From Eledone cirrhosa (taxonomy: Eukaryota), in contig OZ024741.1 of the NCBI GenBank assembly GCA_964016885.1, positions 303,366,001 to 303,430,000 of the forward strand: a DNA stretch of 64,000 bases. Direction: 5' to 3'. This document shows positions 40,660 through 53,714 of this stretch, one piece after another (the first letter of the stretch is position 1; every line of letters begins with the position of its first letter). Below the pieces are notes generated by a model, which saw nothing but the letters and a program-made list of their open reading frames with translations, ran no database searches and was not told the origin of the DNA. The translations under genes were made by a program, and so were the position numbers.

Positions 40660-41885
40660 TTATTTTTGCTTATTTTTTTTAAATGGACAAGGCATGCTCC
40701 CAACATTACGTCTGCCGTCTCGCGATAACGACTTAATAGCGAGAGGTTGGATAACTTAACAACAAGCACCATTGGGGATACAGAAAAAATAACAATTACA
40801 AACACAACGTGAAATGGGTGCTTACACCCAAAGGCAAATATTGCAAGACGGTACCTTAAGATAAAGGAAGTTGGGAGAGGTTTAATTTCGGTTGAGCAAT
40901 GTGCATGTAGTGAGTGCAACAGCTTGTGAGACTATCTGACATTAACTGAAGAACCGCTACTCAGAGAAGTTCTGAAGGAAGTCTTTTCATTAGAACATCA
41001 AGGTAAGAATGCTTACAACAAAGCCTTTAGAGAGAAACAAGAGCAGGCATGGAAAGAAAAGTATCTTCATGGCAAATTTCCAGCTGACATCAAAGACATT
41101 GCTGATCATAGGTCTTGGCTTTTGCTTTGGACAGGTTGGGTTAAAAAGAGCACTGAGGCTATTATTACTGCTGCATAAGACCAGGTACTCAGAATCAATT
41201 GGGTAAAAGCTAACATTGATGGACAAAATTGCTCCCCAATATGTAGAGTATGTTATAAAGCATACAAATCTGTGGTACATATTGCTAGTTGATGTGAGCA
41301 GTTAGCAACAAAGCGTGATAAAATTCCGGTATGATCTTATAGCAAAAAGAGTTCATTAGGAGTTGTGCCAAAAATACAACATAGAAATGCAATGTCAGTG
41401 GTATGAACATATTCCTCTTGAATCCTGCCTATCAGGGGAGGGAGCAGAGATATTTTGGGATCTTGTGATCAAGATCACAAACACAGTTCAACACAACCAC
41501 CTTGATATTGTTGTAAAAACTAACAACCCCTCAAAATGGACTCTAATTGATATAGCGATCCCTCAAGACCACAATGGGGATGAAAAAGAAATAGAGAAGA
41601 TCAATACGTATGCATACTTTGCAAGCGCTATTAGAACTGATTGCCATGTAGAATCAAAAGTCGTGCCAATCATCAGTGGCACGCTAGGCACGATCCCTAC
41701 GTCTTTCATCAAAAGCCTTGGGATCCACGACTTCATAGGCAGTGCCCAAATTTCTACCATCTGCCAGAATCCTACGCCATATACTGAGACTCTGAGATCA
41801 GCGACTGATCTGAGGCCAATTAACACACTTCACCTAGCGACGGATTTTTAGAGAAACCTTACAAAAGAAAAAAAAAATATTATTA
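40660..41885 (+). mobile_element. R4/Dong-like non-LTR retrotransposon 3' part (CCHC knuckle + restriction-like endonuclease), decayed
   Basis: GRGLISVE, WKEKYLHGKF, STEAIITAA*DQVL, CRVC..SVVHIAS*C, WYEHIP, IFWD, HNHLDIVV, LIDIAIP.D..EKEIEK, VPIISGTLG; ends in A-rich/(TAT)n. Confidence 0.9.
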
Positions 41886-41889
41886 TTAT

Positions 41890-42110
41890 GCCGTTGAATT
41901 GGCAAAATCGTTCGGTCGTTGAATAAATGCTTAGCAGTATTTAGTTTCGGCTCTTTACTTTCTGAGTTCAAATCCTTCAGAGGTCAACTCTGTCTTTCAT
42001 CCTTCTGAGGGTCGATAAAATAAAGTACCAGTCAAATACTGGTGTCAATATAATCGCCTGACTCGCCACCGAAATTGCTCGTCTTGTACCAAAACTAGAT
42101 AGAAACAATT
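41890..42110 (+). mobile_element. SINE family A (older)
   Basis: GAGTTCAAATCC...CTTTCATCCTTCTGAGGGTCGATAAAATAAAGTACCAG. Confidence 0.85.
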
Positions 42111-42207
42111 ATTGATATTTACTAATAATCAACTTTACATACATCAGTGGGGACAAAGTTCATTTTTTCCACTTCATAATTCGTATCGTGTGTTTGTTTT
42201 GTAAGTT

Positions 42208-42241
<34 letters not shown>

Positions 42242-42388
42242 GGGGGTGGTGGAGAGGGAGGCTGCTTCTGATGATGATGATGGTCAGTCATTTTGGTTGT
42301 GTTCGTAGTGGTGATGAGGGTTGTGATTTTTGATGATGATGATGTCGTGCATGTGCATTTTTCATTTGTTCAACACACAAACACATAA

Positions 42389-42459
<71 letters not shown>

Positions 42460-43012
42460 AGAAATATATTATATATATATATAATATATTGTATATATAT
42501 TATATATAAATATATATACTATATATATATATACATACATATATATCTACACAGACACACAAAGACACACACACACATATATATATATATGCATATATAG
42601 GTATATATATGTATACACATACACACAAATATATATTTATTTACATATTTATGTATTTATGTACCAACTATCTTTTATTTTTATTTTTTGTAATTTTTAG
42701 TATTTTCTAAATTTTTATTATTTTCATCATATTACATGTGTTTAGTGTGTATGTGCTTTTTACAGCTGTTTTATTTGTTTCTTTATTCATATATCTTTTA
42801 TTTATTTATTCATTTGTAGTTGCTGCTCCGCCTCCATGGCCACCCCTCTCAACCGTGTTTCCCTGGTGTGAAATGCCATTATCCACACGTGTCACTGATA
42901 TCGCGAAAACACGATCGTAATCTAGTTAGTCTTCTAGCGCCGCTATGGACAACTATGTTGTGCAATACACTCGTTCTCTCACACATATATAAACACACAC
43001 ACATATATACAT

Positions 43013-43043
<31 letters not shown>

Positions 43044-43580
43044 GACATACACACACACACATACACACACACACACATACATACATACATACATACATAC
43101 ATACATACATACATACATACATACATACATACATACAAATACACACATGGACACACATGTAAAAACTCACATTCATACACACACGCGTCCGTGCACACAC
43201 ATATGCATACACATTCACACACCCTCATACACACACGTATCTGTGCGCACACGTGCATACACATTCGCAAACAATCATACACACACATGTACATGCGTAC
43301 GCGCATTCACATGCACATGCACATATACACAGGCTCCAACTGATACACAAGCACTCACCCTCACACACACACATACACACCCACCCACCCACAGACACCC
43401 ACACCCACCCACACACCCACACACACCACATGATGACAGTATAACTTAAGCGCTCTCTTAAGTTCACAATATCTATTCCAATCTCATCCATTCTCTGTTT
43501 CTCTCTCTTCTATATCGCCGTCTTACTCTTTCTCTCTTTCTGTGTGTGTGTATATATATATACACACACACACATCTCTT

Positions 43581-43657
<77 letters not shown>

Positions 43658-43670
43658 AGAAAAAGAGAAT

Positions 43671-44158
43671 CAGTGTTGCGACGAATGGAATTTATTGGAC
43701 ATATTACAATCGTTTCTCTGGCAACCAGCTCGAGGCACGATCGATGTGATGATCGAACCTGACTCTGAAAATCGCAGGGTCCTCAGATACCTCTTGATTC
43801 TAAGAAGCAGATTTTACTTATAAGGATACGATTCTAATATGTCCAATAAATTCCATTCGTCGCAACACTGTGATATCATACTCTGCTCTATGAGAGCATC
43901 GAGTGCTCAAACGGCCGCTTTAAGCATCCAACACCAATTATATATATATATATATAGTTTTAATATAGATGAGATTCTACAGGACTAGAACTGTTTCATT
44001 CTTTAGAAATCATCAGGAATGAGATTCCTGATGATTTCTAAAGAATGAAACAGTTCTAGTCCTGTAGAATCTCATCTATATTAAAACTTTTATACTCTGC
44101 AATGTATTGAGTACCTTACTTACTGTGGCTACCTCCGATTCAACCCGGAATAACGTAC

Positions 44159-44224
<66 letters not shown>

Positions 44225-44475
44225 GGTGTTGGATGCTTAAAGCGGCCGTTTGAGCACTCGATGCTCTCATAGAGCAGAGTATGATATCACAGTGTTGCGA
44301 CGAATGGAATTTATTGGACATATTAGAATCGTTTCCTTATAAGTAAAATCTGCTTCTTAGAATCAAGAGGTATCTGAGGACCCTGCGATTTTCAGAGTCA
44401 GGTTCGATCATCACATCGATCGTGCCTCGAGCTGGTTGCCAGAGAAACGATTGTAATATGTCCAATAAATTCCAT
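43671..44475. repeat. nested inverted-repeat structure with HHRs
   Basis: About 270-bp near-perfect outer arms, each with an internal ~46-bp IR; central perfect palindrome 43956-44088 with 65-bp arms. Confidence 0.93.
44019..44075 (+). ncRNA. type I hammerhead ribozyme
   Basis: ATGAGATTC-CTGATGA-T-TTC(TAAA)GAA-T-GAAACAG-TTCTAGTC-CTGTA-GAATCTCAT: 9-bp stem I, 4-bp stem III, GUA triplet. Confidence 0.8.
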
Positions 44476-44516
44476 ATATATATATATATATAAATTCCAT
44501 ATATATATAAATTCCA

Positions 44517-44555
<39 letters not shown>

Positions 44556-44581
44556 GTATATATATGTGTATATATATTTAT

Positions 44582-45515
44582 GTCAGGTCACCAGTTGGTG
44601 CTACTGGTAACATGTATTCCAGTACAACCTGTCTCATGGTCGGGTCGTTGGCGACTAAACTGGCAACCCCACCAAGGTTTCTTGGTGAGGAGGGTGACTT
44701 TGGACATCCTGCAGGACTAAAAACAAAACCTGTCAAAGGGCAAAGGAGCTCTTAAGAGTCAATGGCCATCCAAAATCACCGGGAGAGATGACCCCTTAGC
44801 CTTTGTCAAGGCAGAATTCTAGGAGAAGGAAAACTCTGATATAACACCTGCAACCCTGATGGTATCCAATGATGTTGACTTGTTCTTCTTTTTGGTAAAT
44901 ATCATCTTGGTTAAGAGAGTGGGACTGGCTTTGTGCAGTGCCTTTGCTCACTATAAAAGCTTCACGGCACAGGCATTGCTTTATATCTGGAGATCTCTCT
45001 GCACTTGTCGTCACATGGTACCATGGGCCCAGCACTATGTGTCAATAATTGTCACAAGTGTAGTGTTTGTACCAGAGTTTTCAAGTCGCTGGCTGGACTA
45101 AAAAATCACACTCGTTCAGCGCATCGGTAGGGGTTCTCCTACATGGATATAAAGTAGGGGCCGTACTCGAAAATGAGTTGGCAGCCACCATGTATGTATG
45201 TATGTATGTATGTTTGTGTGTATATATGTATCTATATATGTATGTATGTATATGTGGATGTATGTATGTATATGTGTATGTATGTATGTATATATATATG
45301 TTCACGGCACAGGCATTGCTTTGTATCTGGAGATCTCTCTCCACTTGTCGTCACATGGTACCATGGGCCCAGCACTATGTGTCAATAGTTGTCACAGGTG
45401 TAGTGTTTATGCCAGAGTTTTCAAGTCGCTGGCTGGACTAAAAAGTCACGCTCGTTAGGGGTTTTCCTACATGGATATAAAGTAGTGGCCGTACTCGAAA
45501 ACGAGTTGGCAGCCA

Positions 45516-45518
<3 letters not shown>
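44582..45518 (+). mobile_element. bipartite RTE-derived non-autonomous element with duplicated 3' end
   Basis: GGAGAAGGAAAACTCTGA (RTE 5'UTR-like) fused to a 3' end encoding RVFKSLAGLKSHAR; 44961-45190 repeated at 45301-45518. Confidence 0.7.
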
Positions 45519-45574
<56 letters not shown>

Positions 45575-45752
45575 AGAAAAACCACAAACCCTCCATCTCA
45601 ATTCTACTTTTGAAAAGCACAAGAACTGCGAAACCAGTATAGGAACCAAATAAATATATTTAAAAAAAAAAAAACTCCAGTTGCATTTCGATTTCATCTT
45701 TTTCCCTTATACTTTCACTCGTTTTTTTTTTAATTTTGTAAAAAAACCTCAC

Positions 45753-45798
<46 letters not shown>

Positions 45799-45804
<6 letters not shown>

Positions 45805-46028
45805 TAATAAAAATAATGAATAAAAACAAAGAAACAGTTCCTTATATTAAAAAACTGTTTCTTTGTTTTTATTCATTATTTTTATTAATTTATCTTGACT
45901 CTGTTTTCCTGTATTTTTCATCGGAAAACATTTTTGAATACATCTTCTCTTTTCATGATATTCGGATTACATTGAGTTCTTCATACGGATTGGACACTAC
46001 CGTACATTTTGGTAGATTTATCTACACA
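45799..46028 (+). mobile_element. (TA)n-embedded hairpin + tail element
   Basis: 41-bp perfect arms 45799-45839 / 45853-45893; tail with ACTC-TGT..ACA-TT-GAGT. Confidence 0.75.
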
Positions 46029-46057
46029 TATATATATATATATATATATACACACCC

Positions 46058-46873
46058 GTATTTTTAGGAATATAGGACGCACTCTAAATTTAACATAAAT
46101 ATCCAGGAAATCTAAAATTAAGGGGAATTAACACTATTAACGCTATTAAAATTTTAATCACTTTCAAATCTTATTAAATCATGACTACTGTCATCCTCAT
46201 TGATTTCCTGGCTGCCACCCTCTTCCAGTTCCTGAAATTCATCATCGTCCTCACATTCCCCGGGATCATCCCTGTTTTCAGAATCACTTGTATCGCTATC
46301 ATTATAGAGAAAACCCTCTTCGGTGCCATCTAGGGCGTTGTTGTTGCTACGTTTTTTGAGAGCTTTTATAACTGTTTCGGTTTTCGCACCACTCGCACGA
46401 GTGTTTCACCCACTGGGTTACCTGGGAAGAATTAGGTCTCTTCATACGTCCTATCGGTGTCAGTTCACGTTGCGGGTCCTTCATCCAATTATCCCATTCC
46501 TCACTCATGTGTGCCTTAAAAAGCTTGTTTAGTGAAACATGAAGGGGTTGTAATTGAGAAGTCAGTCCACCAGGTATGACAACTATTCCAGTGTTTAACT
46601 TCTTAACCCTCGAAATTGGTCCCAAACAAGAAGTGATGGTCTTTTGAGTAAATCACCATGACGCCGTGACCATACATTATCTAGCCATAACTTTCCGCTA
46701 TTTTCGTCCATCCACCCCTTGGTGCGGACATGAATAACAACTCCTAATGGAAAAATGTCTTTTGGAAATGTACTGTAATTACCCCATACTTGACCTTCGC
46801 GTTTTAAGATGCACAGTGATTTTGAGGATCAAATTTGGGGAAAAAAATCGCGTCCTATATCCCGAAAAATACG
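46058..46873 (-). mobile_element. internally deleted pogo/Tigger-like DNA transposon
   Basis: TIRs CGTATTTTT.GG.ATATAGGACGC; VIPGGLTSQLQPLHVSLNKLFK..W..WM..LTPIGRMKRP..V.QWV (DDE_1-like, catalytic D mutated to H). Confidence 0.9.
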
Positions 46874-47067
46874 ATATGCATATGTATATATGTATATATA
46901 TTGAGTTAGAAACTCAAAATAGTCTTTTACAATTAAATAGCTCAAGGAAGGGAATCTTTCCGAGCCGTGTAATACAATTGAATATATCCCTCTCATATAT
47001 TCAATTGTATATGTATATATATATATATTTCTCGCTCTCTCTATCTCCCTCCCTCTCTCTCTCTCTT

Positions 47068-47204
<137 letters not shown>

Positions 47205-48339
47205 GAGAGATAGAGAGAGCGAGAAAGACATATATGGACATATATATATTTATGACACTAATTATGGTATCATTTATGTACAATTGATTCGCTACTATCT
47301 GTTTCAGATATTTAACTTACACGGAATCCAGTTTTCAGCCTATAATGACGCCATTGTGTGATCTTTGTGTTCTGTTCCTTCAAATGTAAATGAGTTTCAA
47401 AAGAAGAGAAGAAAGAATAAGAAACATATAAGGAAGAGTGCTGGACGTATAGAGTATTAGAATGTAAAAGCAAAGGAGATAATTTAATAAGTGATTTGAC
47501 AAATACATAAAGATAGTCCGAAAAATTATGGGAGCCAACTTTTATAAAACGAACATATAGAAAAAGAGATGAAAAAAGTAAGAGATTGGTTTTGTAGAGG
47601 AGAATCCGTGTGGAAGCTAAATGATATCTGTATTCAGTGGTTGGAGTTCGTGGTATCCAGAGATTTTCAATCTGGTATGTGTAGGATTAATAAGCCAGCC
47701 CTCGTGTTAAGACAGTTTGTGAAATTGTCTAGCTTTTTCAACATATTTCAACTTTCAGTTGTACACATCTGGCGCGTCTTCTAGCCGATTGAATTGGGTC
47801 TGAATCTTTCTAGAATACTCAATTTGATGGAAAAAAATTGTGCTGCTATCTTTAAGATCCTAAATGTGACTGGTGAGTTTAGTGTTGGCTCTTTTATCTA
47901 AATATTTGAAGGTCGTAGCGTAGTTTAGGAAACGGTTTTTAGATCTGCCTTCCGACATTTCTCAACAAAATTTCCGAGCACATGCTGGTTAATCGGATCG
48001 AGGTCGAGGTGACCTTAGCCTGGATCCCGCATTATATAGTCTAGGGAGGCCATCTCTGGATTTTGCTTGAGAAATCTGTGTTTCCTGGGGATACGGGAAC
48101 CAGTGTTTCTAACACAGTAGTAATTGATTTTAAACGCTGTCTGCTAAAAGTTTTCCCGTTGTTTTTTTAAACCAGAATTCCTCTCATCATTAAAGCTCCC
48201 TAACTGGATTTTCGGCCCCAAAATCATACCATGGTGCTAATAAGGTTTTGATTAGAAATATATTTAGCTGCTGTTTCTAGCAGTTAAAGTGACAATATTG
48301 AAGCTCCTTCGTTTGCTCGACGGTATTGGAACTGTTTTG

Positions 48340-49640
48340 ATAGTGAGGGTGGTGGTAGGTGTGGAAACAGTGATGTTGACGGTAGTGATGATGCTGGTAG
48401 TTGTGGTAGGGTGGGGTTGATGGGGAAGAGGCAATGTTGATGGTAGTGCTGGTGGTGGTGGTAGTGGTAGTGGTGGTGGAGGTGATGCTAACAGTGTTGG
48501 TTTGTCAACACCTTAATAACGACCACCATTATCATAATTAATTTCACCACCACCATCTCCACCACCACCTCCACCACCACCACCACCACCACCACCACCA
48601 CCACAACTAGTACTAGCACCACCATTCACATCATCACCCTCACAACAAACACAACCACCACCACCATAATCATCACTACCAACACTACCATCACCAACAA
48701 CACTACCCCCCATCATCATCGCCACCACCACCACCACCACCACCACAATACTATCCTCCAGAAACCAAACCAAACTAAACCAAACCAAACCAAACCAAAC
48801 CATCTCCAAATCCAATATATTTTAAGATTTAATGTAATAACATGGCCGGCTTTATATAAAGTCTTAACATGGACCAACGTGGTGGAGATGAAAGGAATTG
48901 AAATACACCTGAAAGTGCCACCATCCTCCCAAATTTACACTTCATTGTAGTCAATTTAACACCTCCAGCACACACTTTTATCGTCCACCCCACCACATCA
49001 GCACCTCCTTTCACTATTGTTTTTGTTGTTGTTGTTGTTACTTTTATTGTCGTTGTTGATAGTAGTTTTGTCGTAGGTTGTTGCTGTTGCTGGTAGTGTT
49101 GTTGTTGTTGTTATTGTTATCATTTTACTTTTCTTTTACTTAAATTGTGTTTCTTCTCCTCTAGATTTTCACCCCTTACCCCTCCTCCCCCTCCCCCCCC
49201 CTCCTCTCCCCCTCCTCCTCTGTTTCATAATTATTTTTCTCTTTCTCCTCCTCTTCTATTTCTTTATTATTCTCTTTCTCATCCTTATCATGATTATCAC
49301 CATCACAATCACCACTATAATCAGCATTATCACCACCACCACCACCACCACCACCATCACCACCAGTAGCAGCATCACCTCCACTGCCACAATCCTTACC
49401 ACTACCAACCACCTACACCACCCCCATCACTACTATTATTAACACCGCCACCACCATTATCATTACCACTGTCACCACCAGCATTATCATCATCATCACT
49501 AGCCACCATCACCATCATCACTAGTACCGTCACCATCGCATCACCACCATCACCACTCCTACCACCGTCAGCACCACTACCAACCATTCCCAACCCACAC
49601 CACCGATGTCACAACTACCACCACCACCACCACTTCATCA
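48340..49640. repeat. GGT/ACC-rich low-complexity region
   Basis: Degenerate trinucleotide tracts in both orientations, plus (AAACC)n. Confidence 0.85.
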
Positions 49641-50412
49641 CCACTATTCGTCGCCCCCTCTCCTTCGGCAACATTGAATATTTATATACCCCCTAGTGTT
49701 GTTGTTGTCGTGTTTGGTCGCAGGCTAGCCCTCATCGAGCAAACCTTTGATCAAAGGCGTTCCAGCCATAACCTTCGCACCTTTTTTTCTATACGAAGGA
49801 CTATGGTATTGTTCAGTGAGTTCTTCCTTTTATGTGACTGTTGAATATAGTCTAAGAGTGATGTGGGTATTATATTTAGCAGACATGTAGAGCAAAGATC
49901 CTTTTGAGGCGCATTTTTAAAACCTATAATTAAGGGGTCGAACACATCTCAAGCCTGCAGACGTTGCATAGGTCAAGAATCTTTAATTTTTCAAAAGAAT
50001 ATTTGTCTAATGCTCGACCCATTAATTATAGATTTACAAATTGGCCTCAAAAAGTGTCGACCGATATACAAGTATACGGTATGAGCAATTTATGATCACA
50101 TATTATGTGAGTAATATAAAAATAAGAAAAATAAATGTATTCTACCCTCGTGCTTGTGTGAAGCTCTTAAAAACAAACAAGAAAACAAAATCAAGTGTTT
50201 ATTTGCTTTAATTGATCAGTTATGCATCATGTATTACTGCTTTCGGATAATTGGCACCTTTTCGTATGGGTTATTGCGTCAGATAAATACCAAGGACTAA
50301 GCTGAAGCCATTTTTAGTATTGAATTGAGGTGGTTCTCAATAAGCAGAGACGAATGTCGAGACTTATTCAAGTTCATAACAAAATAGTAATTCACAGATA
50401 TAAGTGCTTCCA

Positions 50413-51005
50413 AACATTGACATAATCTTGGAGGCTAAATATTTCATCCTGGGATAACATTGACATAATCTTTAAGGCTAAATATTTCATCCTACGATAA
50501 CAATGACATAATCTTTAAGGCTAAAAATTTGATTCTGCAATGACATTGTCATAATGTTAGGGTTAAACATTTGATTCTGGGATGACATTGTCATAATCTA
50601 ATCTTAGGGTTAAACATTTGATTCTTGGATGACATTGTCATAATCTTAGGGTTAAACACTTGATTCTGCAATGACATTGTCATAATCTTTGGGGTTAAGC
50701 ATTTGATTCTGGGATGACATTGTCATAATCTTCGGGTTAAACATTTGATTCTGGGATGACAGTGTTATAATCTTAGGGTTAAACATTTGATTCTGCAATG
50801 ACATTGTCATAATCTTTGGGTTAAACATTTGATTATGCAATGACATTGTCATAATGGTGGAGGCTAAATGTTTGATTCTAGCATGACATTGTCATAATGT
50901 TGGAGGCTTTATATTTGATTCTGGAATGATATTAGCATAATATTGGAGGCTAAACCTTTGATTATTTGATACATTGACATAATCTTTAAAACCAGGCATT
51001 TGAAT
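50413..51005. repeat. 42-bp minisatellite, about 14 units
   Basis: Unit TTAGGGTTAAACATTTGATTCTGGGATGACATTGTCATAATC; 14-aa periodicity in ORF 50652-50852. Confidence 0.95.
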
Positions 51006-51259
51006 CTGAATGAATTTTGCCCAAGATTTCTGAAAACCTTTTCTTCAATACAGACTTAGACTGGTCCTGTTACCATATTAACTTGAACAGAAAATAGGTC
51101 ACTAAAACACAACACCATTTTCAAAGTCCTTAATGCCAGTAAAACCTTCTGGGAATTCATTAATTATATTAGACACTTTATTCGGTAATTTTCTCAGTTG
51201 ATATCGCTGTGAAACACATGCGTGTCTCGCAGATACTTTAACGCTCGAAAGTGTGTAAT

Positions 51260-51470
51260 ATTGATTTCTAAATTAGACTCAAGGCCAGCAAATTTGAGGG
51301 AAGGGCAAAGTTATTTAAATCAACCCAGGTACTTGACTGATACTTTATTTTACCGACCTCCGGAACAAGGAAAGACAAAGTTGACTTCGGCGGGATTTTA
51401 ATTCAGAACTTAAAGAGCCAAAACAAATACTGCAATGGCATGTTATTCAGTGCTCTACCAATTCTGCCAG
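51260..51470 (-). mobile_element. SINE family A (older)
   Basis: CAAAGTTGACTTCGGCGGGATTTT..TCAGA...CTACCAATTCTGCCA. Confidence 0.8.
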
Positions 51471-51479
51471 CATTGCAGT

Positions 51480-52770
51480 TTGGTAGCTGACGTTAAAAAA
51501 TGTTAAGTTTAATTTCAAAGGCATGAGTAGTCTTTATTCGTACTTGCAACTTTGGAGTAAGTTAAATGCTCTGTAAATATCTCTCTTGAATACATTCATT
51601 ATCTTTCAATTCTTGCTCACTCCTTCTTTTTCTGTTTCATAAATATCTGTATTTCACCTCGCATCTCAGAAAATTGCTTCAGTAAGGCTCCTCAAATTAA
51701 CTAGCGAACATTAATGTAATACAGAAGCGGTGGATTGGCAGTATCGGTAGAGGGTCGGACGCCATGCTTTCCAACATAGTTATGTCCCTTTACGATCTGA
51801 GTTCAAATCCCGCCGAGGTTGACTTTGCCTTTCATCCTTACGGGGTCGATAAAATAAAGTACCAGTAATGGACTGGGTAATTGCTGGCCTTGTGCCTAAT
51901 GTAGAAACAATTAATGTAATACAGAAGCCTATGCTTTTTATGACTTCCCTCCAAAGTGCAATTGAACTGACTGTGGTTCAGATCTCGAGTATGTATGAGG
52001 TTCTCTGTCTTTATAACAACACCCATGACAATTTCCATCATTAATAATTTACCATGCAACACTTCTTTGTGTGTGATGCAATGAACATTATAAAATTGAT
52101 GACTTGACCTCCCAACTTGTAGTTTTTCCTTGTTGTCGGGCCAGCTTTTCTACCATTCATTTGCAGTTTTTCATCTGTAGTGCGACTCAGAGTTTTCACC
52201 CTGTCAACACCATTTATATTATCAAGAGTCCCTACCAAACTCACACACATTCCATTCTTTGTTGATGGTCCCTTCATTAGTATTAGTTCCACTAATTCTT
52301 CTGTTGTATACACATTTTCATCCATACTGTGTATAGAAACAGCTCGTTGTTCTATATAACTTACATTAATTGCCACAGAAAATAAATAATATTGTCTTTG
52401 TTTTGACCGATAGGATTATCTGATCCTTCATCGTTCTGTAACTGTTCTCCTTGGGAGGCTTATGTTTGCAAATGCTTGATGGTGTTACAGACAAATATCA
52501 TTAAAGATGAATTTCTGAGAATCTCTTTGATGAGCTCTGTGCCATGTGCATTAAAACATAATTTAATTACATCACTGACTTGATGAACTACGGGATTTTA
52601 AATAATTTTTCCAACTCGTTAAATTTGGCTTCATGTTATTTTTCACTATATTCATCGTGATTCGAATCATGAGTGGCTTTATAATGCCATCTAGTGTAAT
52701 TTGTTTTCCCTAGAGCTATATGTTACATACACATCAAACACGTTGGCTTTTCTTTCAACCCTACGAAAAA
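51480..52770 (-). pseudogene. decayed hAT transposase, Buster/SPIN/GTF2IRD2-like
   Basis: KPTCLMC..WHYKATH; TTD..MNGRKAG; HCITHKEVLHGKLLMMEIVMGVVIKTENLIHTRDLNHSQF..LLYYINVR*L..GALLKQFSEMRGEIQIFM after removing the SINE. Confidence 0.8.
51727..51911 (+). mobile_element. SINE family A with TSD ATTAATGTAATACAGAAGC
   Basis: Young full-length copy inside the hAT fossil. Confidence 0.95.
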
Positions 52771-53714
52771 GTAGATTTTCATCAAAGGTTTAGAAATAAA
52801 ATTAAGTTGAATATATGCAACGTCACAACTTATTTGAGAGATTGTACAAATACTTTACATTTTCTATACATTTTCACTTGCTAATAATTTATATTCCCTT
52901 CCATTTGTTTAAACCTGATCACATGTTGCTGCTAATCACTAATAGAACTATTACTATGAGGTGGCTGCACTATGAGAGCAATCGACAGTAAATTTTCTAC
53001 TGATAATACTCTTCCTACATATTTTACACTAGCCCATGAGGACGAGTACCAAGGCATACTTTCAAACACAGAAAGTCTCGTAATTGTTTCGGACTTGTTA
53101 TTAGATCGCTTTGGCCGACATGTTGTTAGACGTTTTAGCATAATGTTAACACTGGCTAATGTTACGTAAATAAGATAAAAGAGTAGAGAAAATCAATAAT
53201 TTTCTTAGATTAAAAGGAAAATGATATTATATTATATAATGTGGAAAGTGCTATAAGGTTAAAAAAAATGCAAAATGGACTGTAACATGAAGGTAACGAA
53301 AAAGTATGTTACTTGGTAATCTTCGTTTTATTTTGTTGTTGTTACTGTGGTTTCTTTCGTCCTAATATTTCGGGACTTAAAATTCCCTTCTTCAGAGTAT
53401 AAGGAACTTTCAGAGAAAAATATTATTTTATAATTTTAAATAATGCATTGTAAAGTGACGATGCTCAAGCAGTCGGCTGGAAGAGGCAAAAATGTAAAGT
53501 GTAAAGTAAGAATTTGACTGAAGTAGCAAATGTGTCTAGGGCAACAGATAAGAAAACTGTCAATTTGACACTATTGACGAAGAGGTTTTATCATTGTCCA
53601 GGTGTAATATAATACAACAACCACATATGAATGTTTCTATTGCCAGGTTTAATATTGTCAGTCATTAAAAGAAATTTATCGATCAGTTATATTGCTATCA
53701 GTCAACAATATTAG

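Noticed and set aside
47520-48110. Possible additional decayed LINE fragment
   Set aside because: Too degraded to read diagnostic motifs by eye
50413-51005. CRISPR array or telomere
   Set aside because: Units are contiguous with no unique spacers; TTAGGG is not tandem; eukaryotic context with no cas genes
52915-53190. Possible host exon (ORFs on both strands, pyrimidine tract on minus)
   Set aside because: No recognisable domain, no frame open between plausible splice sites, and no partner exons
53355-53400. Minus-strand CTGAAGA-A-GGGA..TCCC-GAAA hammerhead-like core
   Set aside because: Extra base in the core and only about 2 bp of stem I; at best a decayed relic
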